Shown here piece after piece: positions 41,508 to 52,479 of a DNA stretch of 64,000 nt. Position 1 is the stretch's first letter. The number at the start of each line of letters is the position of its first letter. Below the pieces are notes generated by a model. It had not been told where the DNA came from. It did no database searches and worked only from the letters and a program-made list of their open reading frames with translations. The stretch spans positions 785,086-849,085 of the forward strand of contig BPGU01000003.1 of assembly GCA_026003195.1 (NCBI GenBank), written 5' to 3'. The stretch comes from Armatimonadota bacterium. GTDB taxonomy: Bacteria > Armatimonadota > HRBIN16. Position numbers and translations under genes: made by a program.

Positions 41508-43391
41508 TCAGTCCAGATAATACCGCACGTTAGTAATCACCACATCGCGCACGTTGCCCAGCGCGAGCTTAATGAGGAACGCAGAGTTGTTATGCAACAC
41601 ACGCTCCCACCACTTCGTGACCACAAACTCCGGCAGCACCACCGTAATCAGGTGTCGGGGGTGGTCCTGTCTCACCTGCCTGACATACTCCACCAGTGGA
41701 CCAATCAACGAACGATAGGGCGACTCGATAATGACCAGCGGCATATCTCCGCCCCATTGTTCCCAACGCTCTTTGAGACGCTGGGTATCCACAGGGTTAA
41801 TCTCGATGTGAACCGCCCGGTGGTCCTTCGAGATTTCACGCGCATACTCCAGCGCAGGGATCACCCCCCGATGCACGTCCGGTACCAGCACCAGCACCGT
41901 ATGCGGTGGCAGTGGCTGCGGTTCATATCCGATGAGGGTCAGACGAGCACGCACCTTTTGGTAGTGCCGGTTCACCTGCGTAAACATCCACATCAGTATC
42001 GGGATGACCACCAGTACGAGCCACGCCCCCTGTGGTCCCTTCTCCACGATGATAACCAGCAAGACGATGCCGGTCGTGACCGCCCCGATGCCGTTCACCA
42101 CCACTTTCCACTGCCAGCCCTTACCCTTCTGTTGGAGCCAGTGTCTCACCATGCCTGCCTGCGACAGGGTGAATGCGGTGAAGACGCCCAGTGCGTACAG
42201 CGGGATCAACCGGTCTACATTGCCGCCGAACGCCACAACTAGGATAGACACGAACACCGCCAGCAGGATGATGCCGTTCGAGAACACCAGACGGTCACCG
42301 AGATTCGCCAGCTGGCGGGGCATGTACCCATGTCGTGCGAGGATGGAGCTCAGGCGCGGGAAGTCTGCATACGCGGTGTTTGCCGCAAGCACCAGAATGA
42401 TAGCGGTCGCAAACAGGATAATCCCTCGTGGAAGCGGGTCGTCATGGAATACTACTCTGGCTAACATAGAGATAACCGATTCGGCGCTGGCGTCTGTGCC
42501 GTGCGCTCCGTGTCCGTAGTACACGATATGGTATTTCTGCGCGATATACGAAATACCCAAAAAGATGGTGCTCAGGATGGCGCCCATAGCGACCAACGTC
42601 TGTGCCGCGTTTTTGCTTTCCGGGGGGCGAAACGCCTGCACGCCGTCCGCAACAGCCTCGATACCGGTCATGGCTGCACAACCGGAAGCAAAAGCTCGCA
42701 GAATCAGTCCCAGCGACAGTACGTGCACAGCCTGCTCAGCCGTCTGCTGAGGGGGCGGCTGGTATGGGCGTGGGTGATACCCAAACAGCGGACCCAAAAC
42801 CCCCACCGCTACCGTTCCCAGCATCGTGAGGACAAAAAAGTAGGTGGGAATGGCGAATAGCATCCCGCTTTCCTTCGCACCTCGCAGGTTCGCCATGGTC
42901 AGGAACCATATCGCCGCGATTGCCAGTTCCGTCTGGTAGGGAGCAAGGTTGGTGAAGAACGAAGTGATTTGCTGCACACCGGATGTGATGCTTACTGCCA
43001 CAGTCAGTACGTAGTCCGTGAGAATGGCGGCAGCTGCCAGCAGTCCCCAGTTGATGCCCAGATTCTCGCGCGACACGATATATGTGCCGCCACCCTGTGG
43101 ATAAGCATGTACTGTTTGCGTGTAAGAAATCACCACAATCCACAGCAATACCACGATGGCGAGAGAGATGGGTACCGTGAGATGCAGAACATGCGGACCC
43201 GCGAGGAGCAGGTTGAGCAATATCGCCTGCGTGGCGTATGCCGTAGAGGACAGAGCATCCGACGCGAAAATGGGCAACGCCAGTATCTTGGGTAACCGTT
43301 GATGGGCTAACTGCTCGGTGGAGAGAGGCGACCCGAAAATCAGCCGCCTCATCAGTGACCAGTCCAGTCGAAACTGCGATCTCTTTCCCAT
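41508..43391 (-). CDS. APC-superfamily permease with cytoplasmic C-terminal domain
   Basis: LPIFASDALSSTAYA N-terminal motif, 12+ TM segments and a soluble tail of about 170 aa. Start ATG 43391 preferred over track 43430. Confidence 0.75.
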   Translation of the reverse strand: MGKRSQFRLDWSLMRRLIFGSPLSTEQLAHQRLPKILALPIFASDALSSTAYATQAILLNLLLAGPHVLHLTVPISLAIVVLLWIVVISYTQTVHAYPQGGGTYIVSRENLGINWGLLAAAAILTDYVLTVAVSITSGVQQITSFFTNLAPYQTELAIAAIWFLTMANLRGAKESGMLFAIPTYFFVLTMLGTVAVGVLGPLFGYHPRPYQPPPQQTAEQAVHVLSLGLILRAFASGCAAMTGIEAVADGVQAFRPPESKNAAQTLVAMGAILSTIFLGISYIAQKYHIVYYGHGAHGTDASAESVISMLARVVFHDDPLPRGIILFATAIILVLAANTAYADFPRLSSILARHGYMPRQLANLGDRLVFSNGIILLAVFVSILVVAFGGNVDRLIPLYALGVFTAFTLSQAGMVRHWLQQKGKGWQWKVVVNGIGAVTTGIVLLVIIVEKGPQGAWLVLVVIPILMWMFTQVNRHYQKVRARLTLIGYEPQPLPPHTVLVLVPDVHRGVIPALEYAREISKDHRAVHIEINPVDTQRLKERWEQWGGDMPLVIIESPYRSLIGPLVEYVRQVRQDHPRHLITVVLPEFVVTKWWERVLHNNSAFLIKLALGNVRDVVITNVRYYLD

Positions 43392-43460
43392 GGTGCCCTC
43401 AACCGTTTTGTTTCCCCTGAGCCATTTCACAACTCGAACGGGATAATCCTGCTTGCAAGG

Positions 43461-44636
43461 CTACCGACCGTTCGCTTCGCGCATCATCTGCACCACCTGT
43501 GGGGTGCGCTCGGGGTTCACATCGTACGGGTCACCGGGACTCATCCAGTTCCATATCAGGGTGAGGGGGATATCCAGCTTCTTCACCTGTTCTAACACCT
43601 TTTGCAGAAAGGGCGCACCCGGACGCTGGGCATAGTCGTCCCCTGTCTCGCCAATGTACAGTGGTTTGCCGATACGCTGTGCGGCACGCTGGAAGGCAAT
43701 CAGTGCCTGCGCCGAATCTTCTTCCTTATTGCCGAAGCGCAGGTTATCGTGACCGCGATAGAAATGAATGCTGAGCAGGTCTATCGGGTCGGGATGGGTG
43801 TCCCGCAGATAGGTCTCCATCTCCTGCTCGCTATCTTCCGTCCAGTCGCCTTTACCTCCCGCCCGTCTCAGGTGCTGTGCCGCGGGGCGTGGTGCCGAAA
43901 ACCCCGAGCTGATGAGATGGTTGGGGTCTATCTGTTTGATAAACGTTGCCCACTCTTTGAGGAACGGGATCATCTGTTCGGTAGTGAAGTGGTCGCGGCG
44001 CAGGCGCATATACGCCGTACCTTCGTGCACCGGGTTCAGGTCGCTCCTGCCGTAGGGGGACAGGAACTCCAGGTCTGCGCCCAGGTTCATCTCGTTCGTC
44101 AGCTCCCAGAAAAGCACTGTCGGCTCGTTTTTGTAGCGCGAGACCAGCTGATAGGTATACAGCCACAGGTACTGACGCGAGCGCGAATCGGGGTTGGTGA
44201 GCATGTCCTGCACGCACTCGTTTGCCATATCAGGAAAAAGGTAGAGGTTCCAGTGGATGACCGGTATCAGGCGCACACCGTGCTGCTTCGCGGTTTGAAC
44301 CAGTTCGTCGAAAGCACCCCAGTACACCTTTTCGTTCGCCCAGTGGCGCATGTGGGAAGGATAGAAGCCCACGCCCGCGAAGCGGATCACGGAGAAGCCA
44401 TACTTTGCCGCCTCCTCGATGGCTTGTACCGCCTGCTGCTTTGCCTCCCCTCCTTCGAGGAAGCGCAGAAAGAGGTCGAACTTGTTGACCGACACCAGAC
44501 GCAATGGCTTGCCATGAAGTATCAGCTGGCTGCCTTTGCGCTGTAAGAAGGCACCTGCTCCCGGTTGCGAAAAAGCCACAGCGCTCATACTCCACAGCAG
44601 CAAGGTCACAGACAGGAACGAGATGCGCCTCACCAC
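43461..44636 (-). CDS. secreted glycoside hydrolase family 5 (cellulase/mannanase-like)
   Basis: Signal peptide MVRRISFLSVTLLLWSMSAVAFS. Acid/base region FWELTNEMN. (beta/alpha)8-like spacing. Confidence 0.8.
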   Translation of the reverse strand: MVRRISFLSVTLLLWSMSAVAFSQPGAGAFLQRKGSQLILHGKPLRLVSVNKFDLFLRFLEGGEAKQQAVQAIEEAAKYGFSVIRFAGVGFYPSHMRHWANEKVYWGAFDELVQTAKQHGVRLIPVIHWNLYLFPDMANECVQDMLTNPDSRSRQYLWLYTYQLVSRYKNEPTVLFWELTNEMNLGADLEFLSPYGRSDLNPVHEGTAYMRLRRDHFTTEQMIPFLKEWATFIKQIDPNHLISSGFSAPRPAAQHLRRAGGKGDWTEDSEQEMETYLRDTHPDPIDLLSIHFYRGHDNLRFGNKEEDSAQALIAFQRAAQRIGKPLYIGETGDDYAQRPGAPFLQKVLEQVKKLDIPLTLIWNWMSPGDPYDVNPERTPQVVQMMREANGR

Positions 44637-44759
44637 GCACCTCCTTCTATCGCCGCAACCACTTGGCGTTCTTCGTCATCCAGCCGCTCCCAAAGACGTT
44701 TTTCCCGCATGTCAAACGAGCCCTCAACACCGTGCGGGACATACACCGCTTCTCCCCTT

Positions 44760-45902
44760 CTATATCGGGTTGCACATCCTGAACGCCGGGCAGGGCACGG
44801 AAGGCTTTACCGTATGCAACCGCAATATCTCCGCGTCCACGCGCAACGCTTTCGCCACGTCATAAATAGCCTGCGCAGCAATGCCTCCCAGCGTCGGCGG
44901 GTCGATGCCCAGTCGCGCGTTCAACACCAGCATCGCTTGACGCACATCACCCAGGTCCTCGCCGCCAAGCACCGGTTCAGTGTCGGTACTGAGCAAGCTT
45001 GCGCCCATGGCACGCCCCTGACAGTGGAGCGCGAGTTTGATGTGCAGTACTTCGCTGCCGCGAGCCACAGCCGCGTCGCGCAACCGCCGCAGCAGCAGTT
45101 GCGCGTACTCTCGCGTGCTGAAAAACGGTTCTCCAACCAGCTGCACCGAGGCATTGAGCCAGCCCAGCTGCGCACCGCCGATCTCGTACACCTTGTAGTC
45201 CGCTTTTTGCAGCACCCGTGAGCCGGCAGGAGCATCCTGCATGACCAGGTTCATCCATTCCTCCACACCGTCGCCGCGCTTTGCGGAGATAGTGAGGATG
45301 GTCTTGTCGGGGTGGTGTTGGCGCAAGGTGTCCACCAGTCGCTGTGTCTCTTCCGTAGAGATCTTGTCCACCTTGTTCAGCACCAGAATATCTGCCTCTT
45401 CCAGCTGGCGGTGGAAAAGAGGGGCAAAGCTTTGCGCGAACTCGCTCGGTTGCTGCTCCAGCAGCATTTCATACAGCCGCATCGGGTCTATCAGCACCGA
45501 AAAAGGCGAGAAGCGGAAAAGATTACCGTAGAACTGCCTGAGAGGCTGAATCACGGTCGCTACCGTGTCGGCGCAGCTGGCAACAGGTTCAGCGATGAGC
45601 ACGTCCGGTTCCTGTGTCAACACGCGCTCGGTGGCGTCGAGCAGGTCGTTCAACTCGCAACCAAAGCAACCACCGGCGACCTCTGCGACTGGCATGCCGA
45701 ATTGTCGCACCAGCGCAGCGTCCACCATCTCCTCGGCGTGGTCGTTGGTGACCAACCCCACATTTAAACCGTCCTGCAGCAATCGGCGTGCCAGTGCACC
45801 CATCGCGGTGGTTTTGCCCGCACCCAGAAAGCCTCCTACGAAAATCAGTCGCACCGGTTTCTTCGCCGACAGCGGTCTGGTCGGATATCCTTGCTCTACC
45901 AT
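44760..45902 (-). CDS. COG0523/CobW-like G3E P-loop GTPase with variant Cys motif
   Basis: FVGGFLGAGKTT Walker A and NKVD base-specificity motif. GGCFGCE sits where canonical COG0523 proteins have GCxCC. ATG 45902. Confidence 0.7.
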   Translation of the reverse strand: MVEQGYPTRPLSAKKPVRLIFVGGFLGAGKTTAMGALARRLLQDGLNVGLVTNDHAEEMVDAALVRQFGMPVAEVAGGCFGCELNDLLDATERVLTQEPDVLIAEPVASCADTVATVIQPLRQFYGNLFRFSPFSVLIDPMRLYEMLLEQQPSEFAQSFAPLFHRQLEEADILVLNKVDKISTEETQRLVDTLRQHHPDKTILTISAKRGDGVEEWMNLVMQDAPAGSRVLQKADYKVYEIGGAQLGWLNASVQLVGEPFFSTREYAQLLLRRLRDAAVARGSEVLHIKLALHCQGRAMGASLLSTDTEPVLGGEDLGDVRQAMLVLNARLGIDPPTLGGIAAQAIYDVAKALRVDAEILRLHTVKPSVPCPAFRMCNPI

Positions 45903-46068
45903 GGTGACGGTCCCCCCCTTTACTCTGTGTTCCTTTTCGACTCCGTGCCTTTGCACTCCTGCGTCACTGGGCGCTTGGGGACGATGCATGGGCTATTGGA
46001 CGAGACCTCGCCCTTCGGTGAGCGAGGAATGGCTGAAAGGGAGCGAGAGCCTTTCAGCTCTCTCTTTC

Positions 46069-47163
46069 CTACTCCAGCAGCTCATACCGCGTGTTGCGGC
46101 GACGGGGTTCATAGCCCGCGTCGCGGATGAGCCGTTCCATCTCGGCGGCGGTCGAGATAAACTTGCTTCCTGCTGCCGAGACGACGTTCTCTTCAATCAT
46201 TGTGGAGCCGAGGTCGTTGATGCCATAGCCCAGCGCAATCTGCGTAATCTTCGGACCTTGCGTCAGAATAGACGCCTGCAGGTTGGGCACGTTGTGTAAC
46301 ATCAGGCGTGCCACTGCCACCGTACGCAGATAGTCGTATCCTGTCGCCTTTCGGATGTGGGGTAGTTCGGTCTCTTCCGGCTGGAAGTTCCACGCGATAA
46401 AGGCACGGAAACCTCCCGTCTCTGCCTGCAGTTCGCGGATACGCAGCAGGTGCTCCACACGGTCCTCTATCGTCTCCACGTGTCCGAACATCATGGTCGC
46501 GGTGCTGTAGATTCCCAACCCGTGTGCGATACGCATACAATCCAGCCACTCGTCCACCGTGTGCTTGTAAGGGGCAATCTGTCGGCGCACGCGATCCACC
46601 AGTATCTCGCCTCCTCCGCCAGGGATGGATTGCAACCCTGACTGCTGTAGTCTGCGTAGCGTCTGCTCGATACTGAGGCGAGAGATGTGGGCGATGTAGA
46701 TAATCTCTGTGGGAGAGAGCGCGTGGATGATGACCTGTGGAAACCGCTCGCGGATGGCAGAGAAGAGGGTTTCATAATAGTCTATCTTCAGGCGAGGATT
46801 CAAACCGCCCTGCATCAGCACTTCTACTCCGCCTTTGTCCACCAGCTCCTGAATCTTGGCGAAAATCTCCTCCATCGAGAGCGTGTAGCCCTCCGCGCTG
46901 CCCGGCACGCGATAGAAGGAGCAGAACTTGCACCGTACCCAGCACACGTTGGTGTAGTTGATAATGCGTCCGACGACGTAGGTGACGACGCGGTTCGGGT
47001 GAATACGCTCCCGCACAGCATTCGCGAGCGCAGCCATCTCGGGCAGGCGAGGATAGCGGAACAGCCACACACCGTCCTCAAAAGTCAACGGTTCACCACG
47101 ATACACCTTGTCCGCAATATGTTCTATGGTCATGGTCGAGTGACCGGCTACAGCATGGCTCAT
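46069..47163 (-). CDS. radical SAM menaquinone (futalosine-pathway) enzyme, MqnC/MqnE/CofH family
   Basis: INYTNVCWVRCKFCSFYR cluster motif, QGGLNP, PGGGGEIL, TATMMFGHVET, GINDLGSTMIEENV. MqnC and MqnE cannot be separated by eye. Confidence 0.85.
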   Translation of the reverse strand: MSHAVAGHSTMTIEHIADKVYRGEPLTFEDGVWLFRYPRLPEMAALANAVRERIHPNRVVTYVVGRIINYTNVCWVRCKFCSFYRVPGSAEGYTLSMEEIFAKIQELVDKGGVEVLMQGGLNPRLKIDYYETLFSAIRERFPQVIIHALSPTEIIYIAHISRLSIEQTLRRLQQSGLQSIPGGGGEILVDRVRRQIAPYKHTVDEWLDCMRIAHGLGIYSTATMMFGHVETIEDRVEHLLRIRELQAETGGFRAFIAWNFQPEETELPHIRKATGYDYLRTVAVARLMLHNVPNLQASILTQGPKITQIALGYGINDLGSTMIEENVVSAAGSKFISTAAEMERLIRDAGYEPRRRNTRYELLE

Positions 47164-47323
47164 GGGGGAACCTCGCACGTCATGTTTGTCTCTCATTATA
47201 CCCTGCCTGCCAACGAAATGCGCGGAGGCACGACCCTGCCCCAGCGGCACCCGTTTGCCGTCGGTATCGGCATGCGCTTGGAGGGCGTGCCCCCCTCCCG
47301 ACACACTGGAGAGGGAGTCCGGC

Positions 47324-49298
<1,975 letters not shown>

Positions 49299-49604
49299 GG
49301 CGGGAGGCGTACAATAACACGCGCACACTGGTTATCGTGGTGGTCATTGCGGTGGTGCTGCTGGCGGGTTTTGCCTGGTGGTGGTCGGGACGCGGAGGCA
49401 GCGCACCTTCTGGACAGGAGCTTCAGCAGATTCAAGCGGAACGTGCGATGAAACGCGACAAGTAAAAACTCTACGAGATGCGGCGGAGCGTATCTCTCCA
49501 GGCAACGAATTGGCGGGGAGGCACGCTCCGTTTTATTTGTGCCCTCCCCCCGCATACGAGACGTTTTCTAGTACTCTGTCCAACGTGAATCTTCGCTTTG
49601 CCCC

Positions 49605-49703
49605 TCTGGAGGGCGAACCTGCCGGTGAGCCGAAACAGGTAGCCCTACCCTGCCTCCCCGCAGGCGGGGAGGAGAAGGCTCGGCGGGAGCACCGCCCTCC
49701 AGA
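49605..49703 (+). promoter_or_regulatory. about 100-nt GC-rich structured leader element upstream of the membrane/KaiC-like/ParB-like operon
   Basis: 11-bp long-range helix TCTGGAGGGCG (49605-49615) / CGCCCTCCAGA (49693-49703) encloses ACCTG/CAGGT and CCTCCCCGC/GCGGGGAGG (49653-49672) hairpins. Contains motif copy B. Confidence 0.4.
49608..49638 (+). repeat. copy B of 31-nt leader motif GGAGGGCGAACC-N4-GGTGAGCCGAAA-Y-AG
   Basis: GGAGGGCGAACCTGCCGGTGAGCCGAAACAG, 27/31 identical to 30379-30409. Lies 128 nt upstream of ATG 49767. Confidence 0.7.
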
Positions 49704-49766
49704 AGATGGAGCATTGACAAAGTATTAGAAGGAAATCTCTCCCCGCAAGTTTAACCTAACGGCACT

Positions 49767-51740
49767 ATGGCAGTGCTGGAACAACGTGCAAAACCTGTGG
49801 TGGAAGAAGCGCCGGTGGCAATCACCTTCACGCCTCGCTTGCGGTTTCTCCGGGCGCTGCTTATCAGTCTGGTACTTCTGCCCATCAACGCTTACTGGGC
49901 GGCAGATGTGCTGGTCGACGTAATATTCTCCCTGCTCGTGCCCCCCATGTGCTCCCTCATCGTGTTGGCTTTCATCAACGTCTTCCTGCGGCGATTTGCC
50001 AGACGATGGGCATTTAGCAGTGGAGAACTGGTGCTGATTTACGCCTTTCTGTCGGTAGCAACTGCTATCTGCGCGGAGTGGATGGGCATCAATTTCCCCT
50101 ACATCTACTCCTACGCCATGTTTGCCGATGCCAACCCGTGGAATACCGAGAACATCCTGCCGAGACTGCCGGAATGGTTCTACTTCAAGGACGCTGCCCT
50201 GCTGCAGGATTTCCGGCGCGGCGGTTTCAACCTGGCGTATGCCATCTCGCACATGCCCATTTTCTTCAAGCCTATTCTCGCGTGGACGGCTCTGTTCGGA
50301 CTGGTGTGTACCGCCATGCTATGCATCAACACGCTGATGCGCGACCAGTGGAGCCGACGTGAGAAGCTGGCGTTCCCCATCATTCAGGTGCCGATGCTGC
50401 TGACCCGCCCCGATGCACCCGCATGGAAAAGCCGCTACCTGTGGGGGGCGTTCGCGGTAATGTTCGCGATAGATATGCTCAACGGCATTAGTTTCCTCTA
50501 CCCCGCCGTGCCCATGATTAAGGTGCGCTTTCTGGCGAACCTGAACGAGTGGATACCCGACCCTCCCTGGAACGCTATCGGCTGGACGCCCATCGGCATC
50601 TTCCCTTACATGAGCGCGATAGCGGTGTTCATGCCCAACGACCTGCTGTTCAGCTGCATCTTTTTCTTCTTTGTGCGCAAGGCAGTGCAGATTATCATGG
50701 CGATGTACGGCTATGAGCAGGGGGTGTTTGGTGGAGGGTGGCTGGTTCCCAGCCCACCCTACTTCAGCGAGCAGACGTGGGGAGCCTTTTTCGGGCTGTT
50801 TGTGGGGGCGGTCATGGCGTCACGTCCCTACCTGCGCGAGCTCTGGCAGCATATCCGACACAACACGGCTCCCACGCCCCAGGACATCCGCCCGCGTTAC
50901 GCTCTGGCAGGTTTAATTCTGTCGCTGGCGGGGCTGGCATACATCGGCTGGCTGAGCGGGCTATCGCCCTGGCTGGTGCTGGTGTATGTGGGCGTGTTCC
51001 TGGTGTTCAGCACCGCCCTGACGCGCATGAGGGCGCAGCTGGGACCTCCTTCCCACGAGATGGCGTTCATGGGACCGCATCAGCTGGTGCTGGCGACGGG
51101 AGCACAACAGACGCTCTCCCAGGCGGACACCATCCGCATCTATCATCTGTTCTTCATTTTTAACCGCATCCACCGCTCCCACCCGATGCCCTACCAGCTG
51201 GAGGCGTACAAGATGGGCGAGCAGGTAGGCGTTTCGGCACGCTCCCTGTTCTGGACGATGCTTCTGGCTATTTTCTTCGGCGTCGCCGTCGGGCTGATGG
51301 CGCAGGTGTATCGCGGCTACGTGCGCGGCGCGCCTGCGGCGTGGGGCGAAATCGGCAGTGCATCGCGCCAGATTATCGAACAGCCAAACCCGGTCAACGT
51401 TGCTGCTATTCTGGCGGTAATCGCCGGTTTCGCTATCGTGATGCTGCTGGACACCATCCGCTTCCAGGTGCCGGGCTTTCCCCTGCACCCTGTTGGCTAT
51501 GCGCTGTCGATGAACTTCGGAGTAGACTACTTCTGGTTCGGGCTGATCGTGGTGCTGATTATCAAAAGCTTTATCCAGCGATATTACGGCTTGAAGGGCT
51601 ATGATAAGCTCAGGATGGTCGCCGTCGGCATTATCCTGGCGGAGTTCACCGCTGAGCTCATCTGGTCTTCGATTACCATGACTACGCAAATCGCCACCTA
51701 CACCGTTTCGATTAACGGAAGGCTCAGCTGGCAACAGTAG
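49767..51740 (+). CDS. 657-aa polytopic integral membrane protein of unknown function
   Basis: At least 12 hydrophobic segments, with no Walker, MFS or ABC signature recognisable. Stop is followed by TAGGAGGAAAA, the SD of the next gene. Confidence 0.75.
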   Translation: MAVLEQRAKPVVEEAPVAITFTPRLRFLRALLISLVLLPINAYWAADVLVDVIFSLLVPPMCSLIVLAFINVFLRRFARRWAFSSGELVLIYAFLSVATAICAEWMGINFPYIYSYAMFADANPWNTENILPRLPEWFYFKDAALLQDFRRGGFNLAYAISHMPIFFKPILAWTALFGLVCTAMLCINTLMRDQWSRREKLAFPIIQVPMLLTRPDAPAWKSRYLWGAFAVMFAIDMLNGISFLYPAVPMIKVRFLANLNEWIPDPPWNAIGWTPIGIFPYMSAIAVFMPNDLLFSCIFFFFVRKAVQIIMAMYGYEQGVFGGGWLVPSPPYFSEQTWGAFFGLFVGAVMASRPYLRELWQHIRHNTAPTPQDIRPRYALAGLILSLAGLAYIGWLSGLSPWLVLVYVGVFLVFSTALTRMRAQLGPPSHEMAFMGPHQLVLATGAQQTLSQADTIRIYHLFFIFNRIHRSHPMPYQLEAYKMGEQVGVSARSLFWTMLLAIFFGVAVGLMAQVYRGYVRGAPAAWGEIGSASRQIIEQPNPVNVAAILAVIAGFAIVMLLDTIRFQVPGFPLHPVGYALSMNFGVDYFWFGLIVVLIIKSFIQRYYGLKGYDKLRMVAVGIILAEFTAELIWSSITMTTQIATYTVSINGRLSWQQ

Positions 51741-51753
51741 GAGGAAAACTCTC

Positions 51754-52467
51754 ATGAGGGAACTGCAAAAAACGGGCATCGCAGGGCTGGATGAGCTGAT
51801 TGGGGGCATTCCCCGCGGCAGTCGCAACCTGATATACGGTCCTCCGGGCACGGGCAAAACCGTGTTCGCCATGCAGTTCCTGTGGACAGGTTTGCAAGAG
51901 GGCGAGACCGTCTCCTATGATGTGTTTGACCGCCCGTGGACGCACATGCGACACTACTTCGCCTCTTTCGGCTGGGACATTACTCCCTACGAGCAAAGTC
52001 GGAAGTTCATCCCGATTCAGGCGTTCCCGCACCCGAAGGAGTATCCCAAAGACCCTCTGGTACGCTACTTCTCTCTGGCGGACTTCAACACGATGCAGGA
52101 GATTGACCTGGAACTATCACGCGCCGGGGTCACGCGCTTTGTCGCCGGTGACAACTTCGAACATATCTTCACTAGCCTCAGCGAAGAGCAATGGATGCTG
52201 GTGGAGCACTGGACCATCAACTGGTGCCACTACGACGGAATCACCAACATCGACATCATGAGCGAAGTGCAGGAGCGTGACCCGGTGACCAATCGCCTGA
52301 TGGACTTCACCTTCTCACTGGCGCATCATATCTTTCGCTTCCGCATGCGCGAGGTCGGAGGGAAGCTGCGCAGAGAACTGCGAATCGAGAAGATGGAAGG
52401 TGTCGCGCATCCACTGGACTGGCTGCCTTTTGAGATTACGCCGAAAGGCATCGTGCTGAGGATATAG
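51754..52467 (+). CDS. single-domain KaiC/RadA-like RecA-superfamily ATPase (COG0467-like)
   Basis: GIAGLDELIGGIPRGSRNLIYGPPGTGKTVFAMQF (Walker A), RFVAGD (Walker B-like), and C-terminal RIEKMEGVAHP...FEITPKGIVL matching the KaiC-family tail pattern. Confidence 0.8.
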   Translation: MRELQKTGIAGLDELIGGIPRGSRNLIYGPPGTGKTVFAMQFLWTGLQEGETVSYDVFDRPWTHMRHYFASFGWDITPYEQSRKFIPIQAFPHPKEYPKDPLVRYFSLADFNTMQEIDLELSRAGVTRFVAGDNFEHIFTSLSEEQWMLVEHWTINWCHYDGITNIDIMSEVQERDPVTNRLMDFTFSLAHHIFRFRMREVGGKLRRELRIEKMEGVAHPLDWLPFEITPKGIVLRI

Positions 52468-52479
52468 GGAGTGACCAAC

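Noticed and set aside
44630-44746. 38-codon minus-strand ORF (VYVPHGVEGSFDMREKRLWERLDDEERQVVAAIEGGAW) between the COG0523 GTPase and GH5 genes.
   Set aside because: It has a plausible SD and overlaps the GH5 start, but it is too short to recognise and I have no homology evidence. It is mentioned under the GTPase finding rather than listed as a feature.
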